Of a stretch of 64,000 nucleotides of DNA, positions 61,073-64,000 are shown piece after piece (position 1 is the stretch's first letter; each line of letters begins with the position of its first letter). Both the position numbers and the translations under genes were made by a program. The stretch lies in NCBI GenBank assembly GCA_963977015.1, contig CAXBMO010000009.1:1-64000 (forward strand). The letters run 5' to 3'. Under the pieces are notes generated by a model that was given only the letters and a program-made list of their open reading frames with translations, searched no databases and had not been told where the DNA came from. The stretch is from an uncultured bacterium (GTDB taxonomy: Bacteria; Verrucomicrobiota; Verrucomicrobiia; Verrucomicrobiales; DEV007).

Positions 61073-62248
61073 TTTCAGGAGCCGCAAGGCTCTTACCTCC
61101 CGCTTTTCAGTACGGACACGTCAAAAACAGCGTCGAACAAGAATTTCGTCAAGGCCGTCTGCCCCCATTGTGGGGCAGACCAACTTGAGCCTTCGATCGC
61201 TGTTTCTACTTTCTGCAAGAACTGCGGAGAGCATTTCAAGCTGACGCCTCCCCCCAAACGTTCCTTTGGGTTTGGGATCTTCGGAAGCCGTCAGGATAAG
61301 TCGCCCTTCCAACCCGCCGTTGATCGACCGGTCAGTCAGACCGAGTCCCTGACCAACGCCCCGTCCAAATCAGATTCCGGCGATGAATTGGAGTCTGATG
61401 AAGACAATCACGACGATTTCAACCAAACCGCTGATGGCGTGGAATGGCATGAGGCAGATGAGTTCGTGCCGCCACCACAACCGCCTCCCCGGCCTCTGCC
61501 CTCCCCTCCACCAATTCGCCAGAATGAAGGGGACGAAGTGGAAATCGATGGACAGCGTTTTGTCGAAGTCGAAGCCTACACCACGGTAGAAACTGCCGGG
61601 GCTCCTTTCACTCCGAAAAAGCCTGATCCCAAGGATCGGAAAATTCTCTGTGTCGGCTGTCGCGAGACTCTGTTTGTCAGCAAGCACGCGACATCGACGA
61701 TTTGCCCCCATTGCAGCGAATACTGCAGTTTGGAAAACTTCACCATCGCCAATCACCGGCGGGAGAACATCCGGACCCGGGGCAATGTGGCGATCCAACG
61801 CAAGGCCTCACTCACCGCCAGCGAAGTCATTTGCGATAACCTGAAAGTCTACGGAAAGATCTCCGGGAAAATCGATTGCACAGGAGACGCCTTCTTCCAT
61901 TGCTCTGGGAAAGTTGTGGGGAGTCTTCGCTGCAAGCATTTGATCATTCACAAGATCTGCAACCTCACGTTCCTGCCGGGAATTCACGCCGAAACGGCGG
62001 AGATTCACGGCGAAGTCAAAGGTGACATCATCTGCGACGGGAAGATCAAGATCACGAAAACCGCTACGGTCATTGGCGATTGCACCGCCCCGACGGTCGT
62101 TCTCGAAGATGGAGGTAACCTTTGCGGTCAGATGCGCTTCATGAAGCCTGACCAGGAGATGATGGCGGAATACGCCCGCCGTGCTCAGGAGGCACATGAC
62201 GAACTTTTTGACGAGGAAACGGAAGACGTCGCCGACTCGGAGGAGTAA
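61073..62248 (+). CDS. zinc-ribbon-containing tandem bactofilin; start unresolved
   Basis: Frame open from 61073 to stop 62248; CPHC-x14-CKNC (61160-61225) lies upstream of the first canonical start (TTG 61388); second ribbon CVGC-x14-CPHC; two bactofilin repeats. Confidence 0.85.
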   Translation, partial: FQEPQGSYLPLFSTDTSKTASNKNFVKAVCPHCGADQLEPSIAVSTFCKNCGEHFKLTPPPKRSFGFGIFGSRQDKSPFQPAVDRPVSQTESLTNAPSKSDSGDELESDEDNHDDFNQTADGVEWHEADEFVPPPQPPPRPLPSPPPIRQNEGDEVEIDGQRFVEVEAYTTVETAGAPFTPKKPDPKDRKILCVGCRETLFVSKHATSTICPHCSEYCSLENFTIANHRRENIRTRGNVAIQRKASLTASEVICDNLKVYGKISGKIDCTGDAFFHCSGKVVGSLRCKHLIIHKICNLTFLPGIHAETAEIHGEVKGDIICDGKIKITKTATVIGDCTAPTVVLEDGGNLCGQMRFMKPDQEMMAEYARRAQEAHDELFDEETEDVADSEE

Positions 62249-62435
62249 TTTAGCCTCTTTTTCGGAACAAGCGCTCGAAATAAGCCCGCGCGTTGGAGCC
62301 GCGGGCCTATAACCACTCGATTTCCAAGATTTTTGAGACCAACAATTGCTCCGAATTGCACCAGATCGAAGAAAAGTGAGAAATAGGCAATTTTAAGCTT
62401 GCCTTTTCTTCAGCTTTCTGCATGTTCCTCACGTC

Positions 62436-62532
62436 TTCAGCAACTGCTGAAACATCAGGCAGCCCGATTGATTTGTGTTTTGTGAGTTTGGGGGTTTTTT
62501 CTCACGGAACCATCAATCGGGCTGCTTTTTTT
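62436..62532 (+). ncRNA. candidate small RNA or attenuator ending in an intrinsic terminator
   Basis: Hairpin TTCAGC/GCTGAA, then 14-bp perfect stem GCAGCCCGATTGAT/ATCAATCGGGCTGC enclosing a 10-bp inner stem, then T7. Confidence 0.45.
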
Positions 62533-62594
62533 ATGCCCTGAGCTTAGTTTTTTCTGGTGCGTTAGGCGGCTGTCCTATTAAACTGAGCCGCCCC

Positions 62595-64000
62595 ATGTAT
62601 CGCCCCTTTTTGTTGTTGTTGGCGGTCGTAACCCCTCAAGCGACCGGTCAGGAGATCTATCTCAGCCCCCTTTCCCGTTTCGAGTTCCTGTTGGAAACGA
62701 AGCCCATGCAGGAGCGTTGCCAAAAGGAGATCTGGCTCGCCAACGCGCTTGTCCAAAGTTCTCAATCCCGGCTCGCCAAGATGGAAGACCTCAAGGAAAA
62801 GGGATTCAGCTCAACGCCGGTCGTCGAAAAGCAGCGGCAGCGGGTCGCCGGGAACCAATCCCTCGTTCTGATGTGGCAAACATTTGCCCGTGCCGTCTCA
62901 ACTGCGGAAACTCGCGTTCAGGAAAGTTCTTCGCCCGCCTTTACGAATCAGACTTCCGTCCTAGTTCCCGGGATCACTCAACGAATCGGGAACATCAACC
63001 TGTTCACATTACGGTGCCAGCCCGGCGAAGCTCAACTGCAATCCGCGATCGCGTATCTGGAAGCACGCAAAGTCCCGACAAATCTCGGGAAAAAACTGGG
63101 CGAGTTGGACCGAAACTTTCTTTCCGGATTGGGCGAAGCCATTGAGCAGTTGAATTCGCCTTATGCGAGTGACGTTGGCCGCTATCAGTCCCAATTGTTT
63201 CACGCAGCATCCCATCACGCTGACTCTGAGCATGGTATCGAACAACTGGAACGTGACATTGCCCGTCTCAAACGAGCGGTCGATGACGGCGCTCTCGAGA
63301 ACGTGGCGAGCTTTCCTTGGCTCAGCCAACCACTCGGCCTGCTCGGGTCCGGCTGGCGTTGCGGGACCGAAGCTTCGCCCGAAGTCATCGCACTGTGTTT
63401 GCCGATAGCCAAAGCTCAAGAAAGCGCGACGGCACCCATTGAGCTCGCAAAGCTTCAACTGGAATTGGCGGAACATCGTTTAAAGGTGAAAACGCAGGCT
63501 CGAACCCGAAATGTCGCCTCCGATCTGGAGTTGGAAGCCGCACAGATTCAACTTACGGTCGCCAGAACCCAGCTTGCCGCGAACCAAGCCTCAGCTGCGG
63601 GCCATCGACTCCGCTATGAGCAACTTCTTGGGTTGCTCGATCGCCCCCCCGTCTCCCACGGACCACCTCACTTGACTGAACTGGCCCAGATCGAGAAGTT
63701 CGCGAACGCGAAACTCGAGCCGTTGCTGGATTCGCCACAGTTTGTCTATGGATGGCTGAAAAACCTGGAAGGCTGGCTTCGGGCTTGGAACAGCTGGGAA
63801 AACGCCAGGCAAAATCAGCAGTTTGAGGAAACGCAAACCGAGCGCATTCTCGCGCTCAAGAAGACGACCGAAAATGAGCGGCGCAAGGTAACGCTCAAGG
63901 CCCAATTGGCCCGGGCCGTTTGCAACGCAGCCCGGGAACAGCTTCACCTCAAAGCACTGGAGTTCGACCAATGGATCGCCATCGCCGAATTGGCGAGAAA
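62595..64000 (+). CDS. TolC/outer-membrane-efflux-like coiled-coil protein, truncated by window end
   Basis: Not in the ORF track (no stop in window); hand translation MYRPFLLLLAVVTPQATG|QEI...; OEP-like ELAKLQLELAEHRL...VASDLELEAAQIQL...YEQLLG. Confidence 0.7.
   Translation, partial: MYRPFLLLLAVVTPQATGQEIYLSPLSRFEFLLETKPMQERCQKEIWLANALVQSSQSRLAKMEDLKEKGFSSTPVVEKQRQRVAGNQSLVLMWQTFARAVSTAETRVQESSSPAFTNQTSVLVPGITQRIGNINLFTLRCQPGEAQLQSAIAYLEARKVPTNLGKKLGELDRNFLSGLGEAIEQLNSPYASDVGRYQSQLFHAASHHADSEHGIEQLERDIARLKRAVDDGALENVASFPWLSQPLGLLGSGWRCGTEASPEVIALCLPIAKAQESATAPIELAKLQLELAEHRLKVKTQARTRNVASDLELEAAQIQLTVARTQLAANQASAAGHRLRYEQLLGLLDRPPVSHGPPHLTELAQIEKFANAKLEPLLDSPQFVYGWLKNLEGWLRAWNSWENARQNQQFEETQTERILALKKTTENERRKVTLKAQLARAVCNAAREQLHLKALEFDQWIAIAELAR

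Noticed and set aside
60936-61244. +1 frame ORF crossing the bactofilin stop as a frameshift route
   Set aside because: Would need two compensating shifts; no canonical slippery heptamer; product is not protein-like
1-64000. tRNA, rRNA, CRISPR array, prophage or defence island
   Set aside because: No cloverleaf/T-loop signature in intergenic DNA, no regularly spaced repeats, no phage, integrase or defence-like ORFs seen

Overview
Chromosomal window, very probably from a Verrucomicrobiota (PVC) bacterium. This is inferred from a Minf_1886-family gene, a PVC-type CxxCH heme protein, sulfatases and weak Shine-Dalgarno use. Contents in order: sdhCAB; a complete type IV filament locus (receiver, PilB/GspE ATPase, four prepilins, PilC/GspF, divergent PilP/O/N/M-like genes, PilT-like ATPase, divergently transcribed secretin); lpxA-radC-polyprenyl synthase; a sulfatase; MacAB-like genes; an M16 peptidase; a structured intergenic region with a terminator; sucC-queD-sucD-citrate synthase; small housekeeping genes; an SGNH-like gene plus a PVC heme protein; mreBCD-mrdA-rng (no rodA); a SMUG1-type UDG; a MoxR/ABC/DUF58 operon; a second sulfatase; hisI; a flavoprotein disulfide reductase; two bactofilins; an sRNA-like hairpin; and a TolC-like ORF truncated by the window end. 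I found no tRNA, rRNA, CRISPR array or IS element. Most notable: (1) the two bactofilin ORFs are in the same frame, separated by one TAA and 105 open codons that encode a zinc ribbon but contain no ATG/GTG/TTG, implying readthrough, a non-canonical start or a nonsense lesion; (2) PBP2 carries an HTH-like insertion in its transpeptidase domain; (3) two candidate structured RNAs; (4) the divergent type IV filament system. All product calls come from motif recognition by eye; no database searches were run.
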